Source of the DNA: Balanoglossus misakiensis
Taxonomy: Eukaryota > Animalia > Hemichordata
Assembly: GCA_040954595.2 (NCBI GenBank)
Contig: CM082591.2
Span: 2,377,158 to 2,441,157, forward strand
DNA length: 64,000 nucleotides
Direction of reading: 5' to 3'
Part shown: positions 61,101 to 64,000 of the stretch, one piece after another
Layout of the letters: the number at the start of each line of letters is the position of its first letter
Numbering within the stretch: the stretch's first letter is position 1
The notes under the pieces: model-generated
Database searches by the model: none
What the model was told of the DNA's origin: nothing
The model's input: the letters and a program-made list of their open reading frames with translations, nothing else
Program-made: the position numbers and the translations under genes

Positions 61101-64000
61101 AGAATTTTTCGACTTTGCGGAATTTCAAAATTTGGCCGATTTTTGAAAAAAATCATGGGTTATAGCTCATGAAAATCATCCAAAAATGAGAATTTTTCGA
61201 CTTTGCGGAATTTCAAAATTTGGCCGATTTTTGAAAAAATCATGGGTTATAGCTCATGAAAATCATCCAAAAATGAGAATTTTTCGACTTTGCGGAATTT
61301 GAAAATTTGGCCGATTTTTGAAAAAATCATGGGTTATAGCTCATGAAAATCATCCAAAAATGAGAATTTTTCGACTTTGCGGAATTTGAAAATTTGGCCG
61401 ATTTTTGAAAAAATCATGGGTTATAGCTCATGAAAATCATCCAAAAATGAGAATTTTTCGACTTTGCGGAATTTGAAAATTTGGCCGATTTTTGAAAAAA
61501 TCATGGGTTATAGCTCATGAAAATCATCCAAAAATGAGAATTTTTCGACTTTGCGGAATTTCAAAATTTGGCCGATTTTTGAAAAAATCATGGGTTATAG
61601 CTCATGAAAATCATCCAAAATGAGAATTTTTCGACTTTGCGGAATTTCAAAATTTTGGCCGATTTTTGAAAAAATCATGGGTTATAGCTCATGAAAATCA
61701 TCCAAAAATGAGAATTTTTCGACTTTGCGGAATTTCAAAATTTGGCCGATTTTTGAAAAAATCATGGGTTATAGCTCATGAAAATCATCCAAAAATGAGA
61801 ATTTTTCGACTTTGCGGAATTTCAAAATTTGGCCGATTTTTGAAAAAATCATGGGTTATAGCTCATGAAAATCATCCAAAAATGAGAATTTTTCGACTTT
61901 GCGGAATTTCAAAATTTGGCCGATTTTTGAAAAAATCATGGGTTATAGCTCATGAAAATCATCCAAAAATGAGAATTTTTCGACTTTGCGGAATTTCAAA
62001 ATTTGGCCGATTTTTGAAAAAATCATGGGTTATAGCTCATGAAAATCATCCAAAAATGAGAATTTTTCGACTTTGCGGAATTTCAAAATTTGGCCGATTT
62101 TTGAAAAAAATCATGGGTTATAGCTCATGAAAATCATCCAAAAATGAGAATTTTTCGACTTTGCGGAATTTCAAAATTTGGCCGATTTTTGAAAAAATCA
62201 TGGGTTATAGCTCATGAAAATCATCCAAAAATGAGAATTTTTCGACTTTGCGGAATTTCAAATTTGGCCGATTTTTGAAAAAAATCATGGGTTATAGCTC
62301 ATGAAAATCATCCAAAAATGAGAATTTTTCGACTTTGCGGAATTTCAAAATTTGGCCGATTTTTGAAAAAATCATGGGTTATAGCTCATGAAAATCATCC
62401 AAAAATGAGAATTTTTCGACTTTGCGGAATTTCAAAATTTGGCCGATTTTTGAAAAAATCATGGGTTATAGCTCATGAAAATCATCCAAAAATGAGAATT
62501 TTTCGACTTGCGGAATTTCAAAATTTGGCCGATTTTTGAAAAAATCATGGGTTATAGCTCATGAAAATCATCCAAAAATGAGAATTTTTCGACTTTGCGG
62601 AATTTCAAAATTTGGCCGATTTTTGAAAAAAATCATGGGTTATAGCTCATGAAAATCATCCAAAAATGAGAATTTTTCGACTTTGCGGAATTTCAAAATT
62701 TGGCCGATTTTTGAAAAAATCATGGGTTATAGCTCATGAAAATCATCCAAAATGAGAATTTTTCGACTTTGCGGAATTTCAAAATTTGGCCGATTTTTGA
62801 AAAAATCATGGGTTATAGCTCATGAAAATCATCCAAAAATGAGAATTTTTCGACTTTGCGGAATTTCAAAATTTGGCCGATTTTTGAAAAAATCATGGGT
62901 TATAGCTCATGAAAATCATCCAAAAATGAGAATTTTTCGACTTTGCGGAATTTCAAAATTTGGCCGATTTTTGAAAAATCATGGTTATAGCTCATGAAAA
63001 TCATCCAAAAATGAGAATTTTTCGACTTTGCGGAATTTCAAAATTTGGCCGATTTTTGAAAAAATCATGGGTTATAGCTCATGAAATCATCCAAAAATGA
63101 GAATTTTTCGACTTTGCGGAATTTCAAAATTTGGCCGATTTTTGAAAAAATCATGGGTTATAGCTCATGAAAATCATCCAAAAATGAGAATTTTTCGACT
63201 TTGCGGAATTTCAAAATTTGGCCGATTTTTGAAAAAATCATGGGTTATAGCTCATGAAAATCATCCAAAAATGAGAATTTTTCGACTTTGCGGAATTTCA
63301 AAATTTGGCCGATTTTTGAAAAAATCATGGGTTATAGCTCATGAAAATCATCCAAAAATGAGAATTTTTCGACTTTGCGGAATTTCAAAATTTGGCCGAT
63401 TTTTGAAAAAATCATGGGTTATAGCTCATGAAAATCATCCAAAAATGAGAATTTTTCGACTTTGCGGAATTTCAAAATTTGGCCGATTTTTGAAAAAATC
63501 ATGGGTTATAGCTCATGAAAATCATCCAAAAATGAGAATTTTTCGACTTTGCGGAATTTCAAAATTTGGCCGATTTTTGAAAAAATCATGGGTTATAGCT
63601 CATGAAAATCATCCAAAAATGAGAATTTTTCGACTTTGCGGAATTTCAAAATTTGGCCGATTTTTGAAAAAATCATGGGTTATAGCTCATGAAAATCATC
63701 CAAAAATGAGAATTTTTCGACTTTGCGGAATTTCAAAATTTGGCCGATTTTTGAAAAAATCATGGGTTATAGCTCATGAAAATCATCCAAAATGAGAATT
63801 TTTCGACTTTGCGGAATTTGAAAATTTGGCCGATTTTTGAAAAAATCATGGGTTATAGCTCATGAAAATCATCCAAAAATGAGAATTTTTCGACTTTGCG
63901 GAATTTCAAAATTTGGCCGATTTTTGAAAAAATCATGGGTTATAGCTCATGAAAATCATCCAAAAATGAGAATTTTTCGACTTTGCGGAATTTCAAAATT
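52111..64000. repeat. 87-bp tandem satellite array, ~137 copies, runs off the window end
   Basis: Consensus ATGAGAATTTTTCGACTTTGCGGAATTTCAAAATTTGGCCGATTTTTGAAAAAATCATGGGTTATAGCTCATGAAAATCATCCAAAA; highly homogeneous, with a diverged first monomer at 52111-52200. Confidence 0.99.

Noticed and set aside
52233-63795. Long ORFs of repeated MRIFRLCGISKFGRFLKKSWVIAHENHPK (up to 369 aa)
   Set aside because: They follow from an 87-bp (29-codon) monomer with one stop-free frame. Common variants create TGA stops and frameshifts, and there is no unique domain or splice structure.
52111-64000. CRISPR-like array
   Set aside because: Head-to-tail identical monomers with no unique spacers, no cas genes and a eukaryotic context

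Overview
Eukaryotic (animal) genomic DNA. The protein sequence, exon structure and CpG-retaining AT-rich non-coding DNA suggest an invertebrate deuterostome such as a hemichordate or echinoderm; this is inference only. The window holds one protein-coding gene, a minus-strand vesicular glutamate transporter (VGLUT; SLC17A6/7/8 / eat-4 family). I reconstructed it by hand as 12 coding exons with canonical GT-AG introns and consistent phases (1716 nt, 571 aa). Exons 2-12 are packed into 2418-6028. The best coding exon 1 ([30 protein letters not shown]) lies at 50734-50822, beyond a ~44.7 kb first intron, and is preceded by a TATA/CCAAT/E-box promoter and a uORF. The first intron contains a TTAA-flanked MITE, microsatellites, hairpins, a tight CRE cluster, many RFX X-box-like motifs and several possible alternative first exons. 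About 1.1 kb upstream of the promoter, an 87-bp satellite array begins (52111 to the window end, ~137 copies) with dyad-rich monomers and nested higher-order duplications. The long ORFs in the array are artefacts of the 87 = 29x3 period. I found no prokaryotic-type systems, tRNA/rRNA or transposase genes.
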